Shown in pieces: positions 1-14,327 of a stretch of DNA of 64,000 nt. The notes below the pieces were generated by a model. That model saw nothing but the letters and a program-made list of their open reading frames with translations, had not been told where the DNA came from and searched no databases. The DNA lies in NCBI GenBank assembly GCA_964291265.2, contig OZ219747.1, forward strand, positions 3,232,001-3,296,000, read 5' to 3'. Position 1 is the first letter of the stretch. Each line of letters starts with the position of its first letter. This DNA is from Alphaproteobacteria bacterium. Its GTDB lineage: Bacteria > Pseudomonadota > Alphaproteobacteria > SP197. The position numbers and the translations under genes were made by a program.

Positions 1-194
1 GGGCGCCTCAGAACATACTCCCGCCCGGCGAAATCGAGGAGGAAGGTCAGGTTGGCGTGACCGCCGCCAAACTGGCGAACGGTGAGTGGCCCGATGGCTC
101 CCTCGAGGTTGTCGCGCAACCAGGGCTCGAGACGTTCCAGGTCGGGCCGTTCCTCCGGCCGGACCTCCATGGTCTCGGGATCACGGAACGTCAT
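1..194 (-). CDS. APH/choline-kinase-like phosphotransferase (ACAD10/11 N-terminal / LvaA-like), 5' part only, runs off the window edge
   Basis: Manual translation from the ATG at 194: MTFRDPETMEVRPEERPDLERLEPWLRDNLEGAIGPLTVRQFGGGHANLTFLLDFAGREYVLRRP. The QFGGGHxNLT...YVLRRP motif is typical of this family. Not in the ORF track. Confidence 0.85.
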   Translation of the reverse strand, partial: MTFRDPETMEVRPEERPDLERLEPWLRDNLEGAIGPLTVRQFGGGHANLTFLLDFAGREYVLRR

Positions 195-204
195 CGCCGG
201 ACAT

Positions 205-3496
<3,292 letters not shown>

Positions 3497-3607
3497 GTTC
3501 ATCTCCCGTGAACCCTGCCGGCCGGCGACACGGCACAAGCTCGGCATACACCTGAAACATCACCCGAATACTCTCACTATTCATCATTATACTGAGACAT
3601 TGCCATG

Positions 3608-4813
3608 TCATGGATCATGTTTCGACAGCTCCAGCCTGGAGATCACCGCGCGATGAACTTCATCGGGGCCATCGGCAAAGCGCACGGTGCGGGCGTACAT
3701 CCATGCGTCGGCCAGGATGGTATCCTGGGAAATGCCCATGGCGCCATGGGCCTGGATGGCGCGGTCGGCCACACGCTGGCACAGGTTCGGGGCCACCACC
3801 TTGATGGCGGAGATTTCGCTGCGCGCCTCCCGGCTGCCGACCCTGTCCATCATGTCGGCTGCATGCAGCACGAGATGGCGCGCCATGTCGATTTCAATCC
3901 TGCTGTCGGCAATGTCCGCACGAATCGTGTCCCGGCTTGCCAGGGGTCGGCCGAACGCGACTCTCTCCTTGACCCTGCGGCACATGATGGCGAGGCATCG
4001 CTCGGAAAGTCCGATCAACCGCATGCAGTGGTGGATGCGGCCGGGGCCGAGGCGGCCCTGTGCAATCTCGAAGCCTCGGCCTTCGCCAAGCAACAGGTTG
4101 GACGCCGGTACCTGAACATTGTCGAAGTCCACCTCCATGTGGCCGTGCGGAGCGTGGTCGTTGCCGAACACTGTCATGGGGCGGATCACCCTGACGCCGG
4201 CAGTATCCATGGGAACCAGAATCATGGACTGCTGTCGATGGCGGTCGGCCTCGGGATCGGTCTTTCCCATGACGATCAGGATGCGGCAGCGTGGATCTCC
4301 GGCCCCGGAGATGAACCACTTGCGACCGTGGACCCGGTACCCGTTGCCATGACGTTCAATGCGCGTGCGGATGTTCGTGGCATCCGATGACGCTACATCG
4401 GGTTCGGTCATGGCAAAAGCCGAGCGGATGGTGCCGGCGAGCAGCGGTTCAAGCCATTCGCGCTTCTGCTCGTCGGTCCCGTAGCGTTCCAGGACCTCCA
4501 TGTTTCCGGTGTCGGGCGCCGAGCAGTTGAATGCTTCGGGAGCAATCGGACTGCGTCCCATGAGTTCGCACAGGGGTGCATAGTCCAGATTCGACAGGCC
4601 GTGTCCCCGTTTGCTGTCGGGCAGAAACAGGTTCCAGAGGCCTTGAGCCTTCGCCTTCGCCTTGAGTTCCTCGATGACCGGCGGCGCCTTGGTCCAGCCG
4701 TGTCGCCTTGCCTGCTCCCTGTAAAGCGGTTCTGCGGGGTAGATGTTCTCCTCCATGAACGCGGCCACACGCTCGAGGAGTCGTTCCACCCTGGAGTTCT
4801 GTCGAGAAGGCAT
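3608..4813 (-). CDS. Acyl-CoA dehydrogenase, ACAD10/11 C-terminal (FadE2/LvaC-like) type
   Basis: [51 protein letters not shown] and ADGPDEVH motifs. Confidence 0.93.
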   Translation of the reverse strand: MPSRQNSRVERLLERVAAFMEENIYPAEPLYREQARRHGWTKAPPVIEELKAKAKAQGLWNLFLPDSKRGHGLSNLDYAPLCELMGRSPIAPEAFNCSAPDTGNMEVLERYGTDEQKREWLEPLLAGTIRSAFAMTEPDVASSDATNIRTRIERHGNGYRVHGRKWFISGAGDPRCRILIVMGKTDPEADRHRQQSMILVPMDTAGVRVIRPMTVFGNDHAPHGHMEVDFDNVQVPASNLLLGEGRGFEIAQGRLGPGRIHHCMRLIGLSERCLAIMCRRVKERVAFGRPLASRDTIRADIADSRIEIDMARHLVLHAADMMDRVGSREARSEISAIKVVAPNLCQRVADRAIQAHGAMGISQDTILADAWMYARTVRFADGPDEVHRAVISRLELSKHDP

Positions 4814-4831
4814 GCTGCTCCTCAGGGTCGA

Positions 4832-6466
4832 TCAGGCGGTGGGCAGGACATGATCGCGAAAACGCTCCCGCAACTGAAGCTTCGAGACCTTTCCCGTTGC
4901 CGTGTGGGGAAGGTGATCCACGAACACGATGTCATCCGGCATCCACCACTTGGCAATTCGTCCCTCGAGGTGTCGGCGGATGTCATCGGAATCCGCAGTC
5001 TGGTCCGGGTCGAGGACGATGACCAGCATCGGACGTTCCTGCCAGCGTGGATGGGGCATGGCGATGGCCGCCGCTTCGGCGACTGCCGCGTGACTCATCA
5101 CCTCGTTCTCGAGATCGATGGAGCTGATCCACTCACCGCCGGACTTGATCATGTCCTTCGTGCGGTCCGTGATCTGCAGCATGCTCTCGTCGGCAAGCGT
5201 CGCCACGTCGCCCGTGCGGAACCAGCCGTCATCGGTGAAGGCTGCCGACGTCGCTGCATCGTCATTGTAGTAGCTGCCGATGACCCAGGGACCGCGGCAC
5301 TGGAGTTCCCCCGGAGTGGCGCCGTCCGACGGCACGGGTTGGCCATCGTCGTCGACGAGGCGCAGTTCGACCCCGAAGAGACGTTGCTGGCGCAGTTTGT
5401 GCATGTAGCGCTCATCATCGGCGGCAGTATCGAGGGCGCTGCCATAGGCGCCGCAGGCACACACGGGACTGGTCTCCGTCATTCCCCAGCCCTGCAGGAC
5501 CTCGACTCCGTACTCTTCCTCCCAGGCCTTGAACATGGAGAGCGGGGCGGCAGCGCCGCCGGTCAGAAGACGGGCGACGGTGGAGAGCCTTTGACCGGAC
5601 TGGCGCATCCATGCCAGCAATCCCAGCCATATGGTGGGCACGCCCAGCGCCAGCGTCACGCCTTCGGACTCCATCAGTTGATGGAGGCTTTCGCCATCGA
5701 GTCTCGCCCCTGGAAGGACCAGTGACGCCCCGCAGATCGGCGCCGCGTAGGGTTGACCCCAGGCCTGGACATGGAACATGGGCACCACCGGCATGACCAC
5801 CGCCGTGCGGTTGAGGGGAACGATGCCCGGCGCCAGGACTCCCAGGGCGTGAAGGACGGTGGAGCGATGGCTGTAGAGCGAGCCCTTGGGGTTGCCGGTC
5901 GTACCGGACGTGTAGCACATTGCCGCGGCGGTGTTTTCGTCAAGGCAGGGCCAGTCGAAAGTCTCTGGCATGTCATCGAGGATCTCCTCGTAACAGAGCG
6001 CCCGCTCGAGGGACGTTCTGGGCATGTGCTCCCGGTCGGTCATGATGACCACATGACGCACGCCGGCAAGCCTGTCGGCAAGTTGCTCGACGAGCGGCAC
6101 GAGATCGAGGTCTACGAAGATCGCCCTGTCATCGGCATGGTTGATGATGTAGTCGAGCTGATCGGCAAACAGGCGCGGATTGATGGTGTGGCAGACGGCG
6201 CCCATGCCGGAGACCCCGTAGTAGAGCTCGAAATGCCGGTAGGTGTTCCAGGCGATGGTGGCGACACGGTCACCGGCCCCGATACCGAGCTGCCCCAGGG
6301 CATGGGCCAGTCTGGAGGTTCGCCTGAACGCATCGGCGTACGTGTAGCGGTGAACCGGTCCTTCCACGGTGCGGGAAACGATGCTGGATGCTGGGAAAGC
6401 CTCGGCAGCATGGCGTAGAATGTCGATGATCAGCAGGGGCCTGTCCATCATTCTCCCGGAGAGCAT
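4832..6466 (-). CDS. Medium/long-chain acyl-CoA ligase (AlkK/DmdB-like)
   Basis: AMP-binding [27 protein letters not shown] and [13 protein letters not shown]. Confidence 0.93.
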   Translation of the reverse strand: MLSGRMMDRPLLIIDILRHAAEAFPASSIVSRTVEGPVHRYTYADAFRRTSRLAHALGQLGIGAGDRVATIAWNTYRHFELYYGVSGMGAVCHTINPRLFADQLDYIINHADDRAIFVDLDLVPLVEQLADRLAGVRHVVIMTDREHMPRTSLERALCYEEILDDMPETFDWPCLDENTAAAMCYTSGTTGNPKGSLYSHRSTVLHALGVLAPGIVPLNRTAVVMPVVPMFHVQAWGQPYAAPICGASLVLPGARLDGESLHQLMESEGVTLALGVPTIWLGLLAWMRQSGQRLSTVARLLTGGAAAPLSMFKAWEEEYGVEVLQGWGMTETSPVCACGAYGSALDTAADDERYMHKLRQQRLFGVELRLVDDDGQPVPSDGATPGELQCRGPWVIGSYYNDDAATSAAFTDDGWFRTGDVATLADESMLQITDRTKDMIKSGGEWISSIDLENEVMSHAAVAEAAAIAMPHPRWQERPMLVIVLDPDQTADSDDIRRHLEGRIAKWWMPDDIVFVDHLPHTATGKVSKLQLRERFRDHVLPTA

Positions 6467-6582
6467 CGCCTTCTCCTTCCAAGTTCGAGCCGCGTCTCGC
6501 GGATCATATCAAGCGGCAGGGGAAGCGGCATCACTCTTCGTGCGCGATGGCGGCAGCTAGCGACACCGGGGTACATCGGACC

Positions 6583-7887
6583 ATGCAGGACATATTCGCG
6601 AGGAGTTTCACGGAAACATCGTACTGGTGGGATCTCGCGCCACGCCCCCGGGACGATGGATCGGCGCCGCCTGACAGCGCGGACGTCCTCGTCATCGGAT
6701 CCGGCAATGTCGGACTGTCAGCGGCACTCACCCTGGCGCGAGGCGGCCGCGATGTCCTCGTCCTCGATGCCGAGGCCGCAGGTCACGGCGCCAGCACCCG
6801 CAATTCCGGCTACCTTGGCCGCACGGTGTGGTTCAAGTACGGCGACATGGTCAGGCGCATGGGCCGGGAGGCTGCCGGCAGCATTGCCCGCGAGGCCGCC
6901 ACGGCCCACGACTTCGCGGCAAGCCTCATTCGCGATGAACAGATTGCCTGCTTCTACTCGAACACGGGCCGTCTCATCACCGCGCCCTCGCGGAAGGCGT
7001 ACGAGAAACTTGAGCGTGACCTCGACATGATGAAGGCCGACGGGGTTCCGGTGGAGGCCGACATGGTGCCGCCCGACAAGCTGAGGGAGGAGGTGGCGAG
7101 CGATCTTTACCACGGTGGTCAGGTGTTGCACGGCAACGGCCTCATCCATGCCGGACTCTACCACCAGGGCCTGCTCGACCGGGCCCGTGCCCAGGGTGCG
7201 ACCGTGATCGGCCATTGTCCGGTGACCGCGGTCGAGCGGCAGCGGCGGGGTTTCGTCGTTTCCACGGCGAAAGGAAAGGTGACGGCGCGCGACGTCATGG
7301 TGGCCACCAACGGCTACACGCCGAAGGCCCTTCCCTGGCACCGCCGAAGGGTCGTGCCGGTTCAGGCCTTCAATGTCGTCACCGAGGCCATCGACCCGGT
7401 GCTCATGAAAAAGGTCCTGCCCCGGGGGCGCCCGATGATCGAGAACCGCAATTCGCCGTCGTGGTTGCGGCCCACCGAGGACGGAACGAGGCTTCTGTTC
7501 GGCGGCGCCACGGGAGAGGGGAACCCCTCTCTTCAGGACAAGGCGCGGCGGCTCCATGGGGAACTGCTGCGGGTGGTGCCGGATCTCGAAGGAACGAAAC
7601 TGACCCACTGCTGGAGCGGACAGGTCGCCTTTCCCTTCGATTTCCTGCCCCACAACGGATTTGCCGACGGCATCCACTATGCCATGGGCTGGTGCGCCTC
7701 CGGCGTGCCGATGGGGACCTGGCTCGGCCACAAGACGGCCCAGCGCATTCTCGGTGACAGTGATGCGCGGACGGCGCTTACGGACAGGCCCTTCCGTACC
7801 ATGCCGTTCTACCGCGGCGATCCCTGGTTCCTGCCGCTGATCACCGCCTGGATGAGGCGCGCCGACCGCAGGCTGATGCGCGACTGA
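6583..7887 (+). CDS. FAD-dependent oxidoreductase, DAO/PuuB-like amine oxidase family
   Basis: DVLVIGSGNVGLSAA, GASTRNSG, VATNGYT and WSG...FDFLPH motifs. The start could be 6547. Confidence 0.85.
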   Translation: MQDIFARSFTETSYWWDLAPRPRDDGSAPPDSADVLVIGSGNVGLSAALTLARGGRDVLVLDAEAAGHGASTRNSGYLGRTVWFKYGDMVRRMGREAAGSIAREAATAHDFAASLIRDEQIACFYSNTGRLITAPSRKAYEKLERDLDMMKADGVPVEADMVPPDKLREEVASDLYHGGQVLHGNGLIHAGLYHQGLLDRARAQGATVIGHCPVTAVERQRRGFVVSTAKGKVTARDVMVATNGYTPKALPWHRRRVVPVQAFNVVTEAIDPVLMKKVLPRGRPMIENRNSPSWLRPTEDGTRLLFGGATGEGNPSLQDKARRLHGELLRVVPDLEGTKLTHCWSGQVAFPFDFLPHNGFADGIHYAMGWCASGVPMGTWLGHKTAQRILGDSDARTALTDRPFRTMPFYRGDPWFLPLITAWMRRADRRLMRD

Positions 7888-8482
7888 GCATCGGGATCGC
7901 ATTGGACGATCAAGCCGTCACCGATCTCGCACCCTGGTACGATCATGAGCCCTGCGCATCGCCAGGTTCCCGAAGACCTTCGGCGTGCACCGTGTCGATC
8001 CAGCCCGAGCCTTCGATGTTCCGCGCCCACCCCTGTCGTGTGGAGAGGCTGCCGGAGGTCAAGGGCGAGGCGGCGACGGGGAGGCAGGGTGATCTCCCCG
8101 GCAATGGCGGCGCGGCACGCCGAGACGATGTGGGCCTCGGGGCTCCGGCGGACGCGCCTGTTGTCCCTACGCTTAGGCGCGTTGTCGCACAGCGCCTTGA
8201 TTCAGGCAGATCTCCGCCGGGCACCCTCGAGAGTACTCGCACCGCCTGCAAGGCAAAGGCGCCGTGCTGCATCCATGGGCACTCCACCGGACTGGCCTTC
8301 GAAGGCGACGACACCCCAGGCTTCCATCGCCGCCAGGCAACGGTTGCAGCGATATCCTCCGTGAACGACTGAAGAGATGCGCATGATGCAGGTGCGTGGT
8401 GAGCCATGGGCTTGTTCCGGAGGGGTTGTCGCTGTTCGCGCCGGTCATCGCTCGAACGGGAGAGCGCGTCACCGCGACCGGG

Positions 8483-10195
8483 TCAAACGGGAAAATCGAT
8501 ACGCCATGCGACCGCGGCGCTCGTTGCCATGGCCTCCTGGCGCGCCTCGATCGTCTGCGGCGTCCACTCGGCGTACTGGCTCGCGATGTCCCGGGTCGTC
8601 CGGAAACGGCTATTCGCGAACACTGTCCGTTTGGCTTCGTAGTCGGCATTGCCGGCGTTGCGATTCGAGCCCTCTTCCAGCAACGCCATGTTGCCGAGGC
8701 GCGATGTCTGAGCCTCCAGTTCTCCTTCGCCGAACCGGTCCCAGCCGTCTCCAGGGTTCAGCGGACAGATATGCTCCAAGGTTGTCCGGCTGTCCTCGAA
8801 GTCCAGGCGATTGCCGGATGCCTGCCGCTCCAGTTCGAACAGGATGTAGCGGACAACCCGCTTGTTTCGCGTCTGCGCAACGCCGATGGACTTCTCGCCA
8901 AAACTCAGCCGGAACCGTTCGTCGTCGGGATAGACCGGCCGCAGGCTGCCCATGACTTGGCGGATCGAGGAATGCTCGCCTCGCGTAATCCTCTGGGCTT
9001 CCGCATGGTAGACCCGCTCCTGCTCGCTTCCGTGAAGACCGCCGACGACATTGTAGCGCAAGGAGATGATCACGACCGAGCGCAGCAGCTTCTCGAAGTC
9101 CGCATCGCCCAGAGAACGCCGCGCAGCCAGCAGCAGGGGAAACGGCTGGCGGACGCTGAACATGCGAAGGGTCCGGACATGCTGCTTCCATTCGACAGGC
9201 CAGTCTGAGCCGTCCGGCTGCGTCAACGCCAGATAAGCCTCGATATCGGTTTCGAGTTCCTGCAGGAGCGAAAACGCATCCCTCCTGTTCCGGACTTTGG
9301 CGCGGACGCTCTTGAAAAGGTCCGACAACCGGACGGTTGCTCTCCGGCTTATCCAGTGGACACGCAGAAAGTCCGGAAAGCTCTCCTCCCCGAGCCTTCC
9401 TACGATGCCGTTCCAGCGTCCTTCCAGCGTCTCGATCTCACGCTCGTGCTCGCCCTGGCGATGCAGGAGCGAGAACAGGTAGTTCTTCAGGAGGTCGGTC
9501 GCCGAGAGCCGCACGCCCCGCGCATTCAGCGTTTCGAACACCCGGTAGGCGTTCAATTCGTCGGTGACCGTGATGACGGTGAAGAGCAGCTTGTCGCTCA
9601 TTCCGTCGATCAGCCGAACCACCGCCAGGCCAGGGTCCTCCTCTTCCTCCAGATAGTCCCGAAATCGGCGGTCGAACCACTCGAACGCCTTGCGCATGTC
9701 GTGTTCCGACTTTCTGAATCCCCGTCTCGGCAAGGGCGAGGTCAGCGGAACCAGATATGTCTGGAAATAGTGGTCATTGTTCCGGTTCAGCTTCAGCTTG
9801 GGTTCCGAAACAAGGGTCACCGGATCGAGGTATCCGATATAGGCTTGGCGCAGGCTTTCGAGCCTCTTGCGGGTGTTCTCGGTATCCCGCCCCTGGTCGA
9901 GCAGGACGTTCAATTGCCGCAGGGCGGCCAGCACGAGAATGCTGAGCGTTGTCAGGCGCTGTTGTCCGTCGATGATGTCGAACCGCTTGCCGTCCTCCGA
10001 CTGCAGGACGAGATAGCCCATGTAGTGCGCCGGCTCCCCCTCTGGACGCATGAGCTCGCGAATATCCTGCCAGAGGTCGTCCCACTCCTCCTCGCCCCAG
10101 CTGTAGTCGCGCTGGAACGGCGGCACCCGGTAGAGCAGGCCGTTGCCCATCAACTGGCGCCAGGTGCTGTTGCTGGTATTGAAATTCGTAGCCAT
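8483..10195 (-). CDS. DUF262 + DUF1524(HNH) protein, GmrSD/SspE-like type IV restriction nuclease
   Basis: VPPFQRDYSW, IIDGQQRLTT and FETLNARG (DUF262); TLEHICP...RLGNMALL...N (DUF1524 HNH). Confidence 0.9.
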   Translation of the reverse strand: MATNFNTSNSTWRQLMGNGLLYRVPPFQRDYSWGEEEWDDLWQDIRELMRPEGEPAHYMGYLVLQSEDGKRFDIIDGQQRLTTLSILVLAALRQLNVLLDQGRDTENTRKRLESLRQAYIGYLDPVTLVSEPKLKLNRNNDHYFQTYLVPLTSPLPRRGFRKSEHDMRKAFEWFDRRFRDYLEEEEDPGLAVVRLIDGMSDKLLFTVITVTDELNAYRVFETLNARGVRLSATDLLKNYLFSLLHRQGEHEREIETLEGRWNGIVGRLGEESFPDFLRVHWISRRATVRLSDLFKSVRAKVRNRRDAFSLLQELETDIEAYLALTQPDGSDWPVEWKQHVRTLRMFSVRQPFPLLLAARRSLGDADFEKLLRSVVIISLRYNVVGGLHGSEQERVYHAEAQRITRGEHSSIRQVMGSLRPVYPDDERFRLSFGEKSIGVAQTRNKRVVRYILFELERQASGNRLDFEDSRTTLEHICPLNPGDGWDRFGEGELEAQTSRLGNMALLEEGSNRNAGNADYEAKRTVFANSRFRTTRDIASQYAEWTPQTIEARQEAMATSAAVAWRIDFPV

Positions 10196-10300
10196 TCGCG
10201 TGCCGACTCGCCGAAAGGGCCGCCTTGGTTCGCGGCTCGGAATTCGAGTTGCAGATACCTGCTCGCCCCTGTTGATCATTGATCGTCTTTTCTGACGGCG

Positions 10301-11161
10301 TTCGGGTCAAGTCTCTTGTCCCGTCATCTTCACTCGCCTGACGCCGGGAACCGGATGTGCGGTTTCCGGTTGGCAGGAATCGGTCCGGTCTTCGGCCCCA
10401 TCTCCCTTTCCGGCCCGTGGCGACGGGTTAGGCAGCTGGGGCCTGGTCGGCGAACCGGCCTCGGGCGTGTTCACTGTTGTCTGAGCGATGCGATCTGGGC
10501 GTAGACGACGCCGGCCAGGATGACGAGGCCGCCGGCGATCTGTGCGGGCTGAAGCACGGTGCCGAACCAGGCAGCGAGGCCGATGGCCGCGACCGGCACC
10601 AGGTTCCCCCACAAGGTCATGGGCGTGACGCCCAGCCTGTTGACCCCGACGTGCCACATGAGATTGCCGAGCGCGATCGGGACGACGCCGATGGTGACGG
10701 CGAGTGCGATTGTCGTGTCGGTCAGCGGCGCATGCAGGGTCACGAGGCCGGATGCCCATGCGATCGACACTGCGGCCGTGAGAAGGGCGCTTCCCGGCAG
10801 GATGGTGTAGGCGGCGATTTCCGTCTGGCTGAAGCCCTTGAACCAACGCTGTGCGGCGACCGAATGCCATGTCCAGGTCACAAGGGCGAGAAGCATGAAC
10901 CCTTCGCCGCCCGTCACGCTCGCATTCGAGAATTCGTGGATCTTGACCACGAGTCCGCCGGTCACCGCCAGGGTGATGCCGATGATGATGCCCCGGGCAG
11001 GTGGAATGGCGAAGAACACCCTGGCCACCACGGCGGCGATGAGGGGCGCCATGGCGTAGACGATGGCAACGGCAACGGATCCGGCCGAGAAGACGGCAAG
11101 GGTGGTCAGCAGCGAGGCGCAGAACGGACCCGTGAATCCGAGGATCGCCATGCGCCGCCAG
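10301..11161. repeat. Direct repeat copy 1 (~860 bp): 3' part of the EamA gene plus downstream DNA
   Basis: Near-identical to 22399-23233 (offset 12072 in the coding part). It differs by a few SNPs and an ~28 bp indel in the non-coding part. Confidence 0.95.
10471..11161 (-). pseudogene. 5'-truncated duplicate of the EamA/DMT transporter
   Basis: Protein is identical to the C-terminal part of 22543..23463 from WRRMAIL onward. The N-terminus is replaced by IS4 end sequence. Confidence 0.9.
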
Positions 11162-11460
11162 AAATCATCATTGCCCACAAATACCGTCTGGCTAGCTGAT
11201 GTGTTGCCGCACGGCGCTGTCGTCCCCGGCATCGACACTGTAACCAAGCATCCACGCCGTGAACGACAGCGCAGCCTGGCCGTTCCAGGTGATCTCCGCG
11301 CCGGTCGGGCCGTCCTTGCTGCGGTTCAGGTATCCGCCCATCGTCGCCACGAGGCGGAATGCCGCTGAGAGATCTTCGGGCGGCGGCAGCTTGCGGACAT
11401 GCGCGAAGTCTTTCAGCAGCGCCAGTTCGATGTCGGTGAATGCGGTCCTTGCCGGAAGCT
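11162..11460 (-). pseudogene. IS4-family (IS50/Tn5-like) transposase, C-terminal fragment and element end
   Basis: Manual translation LPARTAFTDIELALLKDFAHVRKLPPPEDLSAAFRLVATMGGYLNRSKDGPTGAEITWNG..., stop at 11192-11194, then the end-like TCATCATTGCCCACAA. It joins 16808+ in frame once the IS21 insert is removed. Confidence 0.85.
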
Positions 11461-11834
11461 TGTCGGCGGCGATTTAGAACGGCGGGATATTGGCGGAGAA
11501 CCGCTCTTTTGGGCGCTGATCGTGTGAGTGGGTGACCACGACAGGAGAACGTGCGGCATTGGACGAAGGTCCGCCCGGTCTTTGTTTTCTGCCTATTGTT
11601 GGATCCCATTGGTCTTGCATTGACGTTGACGATGTCGTTCCGGTCGGCGTTTTCTGGCGTTCGGCGTTTGTGGAACGTGATGTGGGAGGGGAGCTTCAGG
11701 CTTTTGCGCGTGGTTTCGTTCTGGCGTTCTCCGTCCTCGTCGTGGTTCGTCGGGCGGGACGATCTCGAGGCTGGAGAGCTGACGGTTTCTGTTGCGCTGG
11801 GCGAAGAGGCTGCGTGCGTTGCGGTTGCGGCGGC

Positions 11835-12580
11835 GCAGGGTGCGGCAGGCGTCGAGTGTTTTCGGGCGGATGCTGCGACCTGTGAGCCAGTCCGGCGGCG
11901 GATCGGGCGTTGCTGCGGCTCAGCGGCTGCGGCAGTCTCGTGATGTGGTGTCGTTTGGACGGCCCGGGGGTTTCCCGGGGAGGCTGAGAGGCGCGTCGGG
12001 GTGAGACGTTCTCATTCCTGGATGGTAACGCGTGACCGCGTTCAAGGGTCTTGCGAGATTACGTGTCCCTTCCGTAGCCGCGTGGCGGTTCGATGTCCTC
12101 GAGAGCCTCGATGTCGGCATCGGCGACGATCTGCAGGCGTTCTCCGTAAGGCGTGTCACGGAGGGTTTCGGGGATGCTGTCGAGGCGGTCACGCCATTCG
12201 TCCTGCAGGGTGCGGCAGGCGTTGAGTGTTTTCGGGCGGATGCTGCGACCTGTGAGCCAGTCCGGCGGCGGATCGGGCGTCGCTGCGGCTCAGAGGCTGC
12301 GGCAGTCTCGTGATGCGGTGTCGTTTGGACGGCCCGGGTGTTTCCCGGGGAGGCTGAGCGGCGCGTCGGGGTGAGACGTTCTCATTCCTGGATGGTAACG
12401 CGTGACCGCGTTCAAGGGTCTTGCGGGATCACGTATCCCTTCCGTAGCCGCGTGGCGGTTCGATGTCCTCGAGGGCCTCGATGTCGGCATCGGCGACGCT
12501 CTGCAGGCGTTCTCCGTAAGGCGTGTCACGGAGGCTTTCGGGGATGCTGTCGAGGTGGTCACGCCATTCGTCCTGCAGGG
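11835..12580. repeat. 370-bp tandem duplication inside the IS21 element (degenerate Toprim fragment plus 3' half of the small ORF)
   Basis: 11835-12204 and 12205-12574 are near-identical, with GCAGGG microhomology at the junctions. 11620-11830 is a further degenerate copy of the Toprim 3' end. Confidence 0.9.
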
Positions 12581-12719
12581 AGCGCAGTTCGGCCACGGCG
12601 TCGTTCCAGCGTTGCGGTCGCGAGCGCCGGTCACGGTGCTTTGGGGTGTGGACGGGAGGGATGCCGGCCTTGCGCCGTTCCCGGTATCGCCGCTGCTTTT
12701 CGGCGGGCGTGAGGGGCAT
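12429..12719 (-). CDS. Small (96 aa) helical hypothetical passenger protein
   Basis: AGGAGA RBS, then MPLTPAEKQRRYRERRK...RSRPQRWNDAVAEL...IEPPRGYGRDT. Degenerate homologs lie at ~12060-12205 and 63607-63889. Confidence 0.8.
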   Translation of the reverse strand: MPLTPAEKQRRYRERRKAGIPPVHTPKHRDRRSRPQRWNDAVAELRSLQDEWRDHLDSIPESLRDTPYGERLQSVADADIEALEDIEPPRGYGRDT

Positions 12720-12745
12720 GAGTGGTCTCCTTGTGACGGACGTGG

Positions 12746-13639
12746 TCATGATCTCGCTTGTGGTTCTTTGGTCCTGGCGTTGACGACGTCGTTCCAGTCG
12801 GCGTTTTCCGGCGGTCTGCGTCTGTGGAACGAGACGTGGGAGGGGAGCTTCATCTTTTTGCGCAGGGTTTCGGCCTGTCGCTCTCCGGCCTCGTCGTGGT
12901 CCTGGGCGAGGACGATGGTCCTGACGTTGAGCAGGCTGCTTGCGGCGAGGCTGATCTGTTCGTGCTGTCTTCGCGAGGGTGCCCCGGCGGTGGAGAGGAA
13001 GGCGTGGCTGGGGGGACATTGGTCGATCTGGGCCAGGCTGAGGGCGTCGACGGCGCTTTCGGTGATGACGAGGGCCTCGAGGTCCGCGGCGGTTCCGGCG
13101 CGGACGGCGAACAGGCTTCGGGTTCCACCGGTGGCGAAGCGTTTCGGTCCGTCGGGGGGACCGATCTCGAAGCCGGTGAGCTTTCGCTTCCTGTTGCGAT
13201 GGGCGAAGAGGACGCGTCCGTTGTGGTCGCGGCGGACCAGGGGGCGGCAGGTGTCGAGGGTCTCCGGGAGGATGCCGCGCCCGGTGAGCCAGTCCGGGGC
13301 CGCATCGGGCGTTGCCGCGGCCCAGAGGCTGCGGAAGTCGCGTGGCGCGGCGTCGGGTGCTGCGAAGCGGGTGCAGATGTCGGCGAAGGCCAGTCCGCGG
13401 TTGAGCATGAAGTCGATGACGGTTCCGTTGTCTTCATCGTTCTGGGTGTTGAAGTAGACTCAGTGTCCGTTGTTGAGGCACTTCGTGACGAGCTTCGGCA
13501 GGCCGGGTGCGCACAGGACGGGGTTGGCGCGTGTCGAGGCCTGTTCGTCGCGGACGTATCCCCAGTCGGCGGCGATGCGTTCGAACGGCATGCGCTTGAC
13601 GGCGTCGAAGTCGACGCGGCGGGGTTTATCGGGTTTCAC
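12746..13639 (-). pseudogene. DUF3991/Toprim primase-like protein with one in-frame TGA
   Basis: GTG start overlaps the istB end. Sequence GH*VYFNTQNDEDNGTVIDF (probably a Trp codon mutated, 13460-13462), then ITESAVDALS, LSTAG, LAQDHDEAG and DWND Toprim motifs, all in one frame. Confidence 0.82.
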
Positions 13640-14327
13640 GCCTGAGCCGCCAGGAGTCGCTGTCGATGGAGATGAGGGTTGCGTCGTGCATGAGCCGGTC
13701 GACGGTGCCGGCGATGCCGGAGGCGCTGGGGAAGACGCGGTCCCACTGGGCGAAGGCGAGGCTTGTCGTGACCATGGTCGAGCGGCGCTGATAGCGCCGC
13801 GAGACGATGGCGTAGAGGATGTCGGCATGGTGGCTTTCGAGGGTCACGTAGCCGATTTCGTCGAGGACGAGCAGGCGGGGCCTGGCGAGGATCGCGAGGC
13901 GGCGGCGCAGCTCGCTGCGCGAGACGGTCTCGGCGAGTGCCTCGAGCAGTTCCGGCGCCTTCTCGAAGCGGACGGTGTGGCCGTGCAGCAGGGCCTGGTG
14001 CGCCACGTTGGCGGCGATCATGGTCTTTCCGGTGCCCTGCCCGCCGACGAGCACGGCGTTGTCCGCACGGTCGACGAAGCCGAGGCCGAAGAGCGCTTCG
14101 ACATGAGCCCGGCTGATGTCGCGCGGCCATGTCCAGTCGAAGTCCGCCAGGGGCTTGAAGGCGGGCAGCCGCGCCGCGGCGCGGCGGCGCTCGTGGCTGC
14201 GGGCCCTGCGGGCCTGTTCCTCGCCGCTGACCACCTCCTCGATCCATGCGGTCCCGGCGACCTCGTCCCAGCGTTCGACGAGCCCGTGGAGGCCGAGCGC
14301 CCGGGCACGCTCCCTGAGCTCGCTCAT
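13626..14327 (-). CDS. istB: IS21 transposition helper ATPase IstB
   Basis: FDWTWP, Walker A GGQGTGKT, LLVLDEIGY, TTSLAFAQW and VDRLMH. ATGA overlap with istA. Confidence 0.95.
   Translation of the reverse strand: MSELRERARALGLHGLVERWDEVAGTAWIEEVVSGEEQARRARSHERRRAAARLPAFKPLADFDWTWPRDISRAHVEALFGLGFVDRADNAVLVGGQGTGKTMIAANVAHQALLHGHTVRFEKAPELLEALAETVSRSELRRRLAILARPRLLVLDEIGYVTLESHHADILYAIVSRRYQRRSTMVTTSLAFAQWDRVFPSASGIAGTVDRLMHDATLISIDSDSWRLRRETR

Noticed and set aside
7900-8450. Several overlapping short ORFs between the oxidoreductase and the DUF262 gene
   Set aside because: No motif or consistent frame; probably decayed DNA.
13460-13462. In-frame TGA at probable Trp positions (also 17168) suggesting stop-codon recoding
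   Set aside because: Housekeeping genes here end in TGA with normal overlaps, and the affected genes show other decay. Simple TGG-to-TGA mutation is sufficient.
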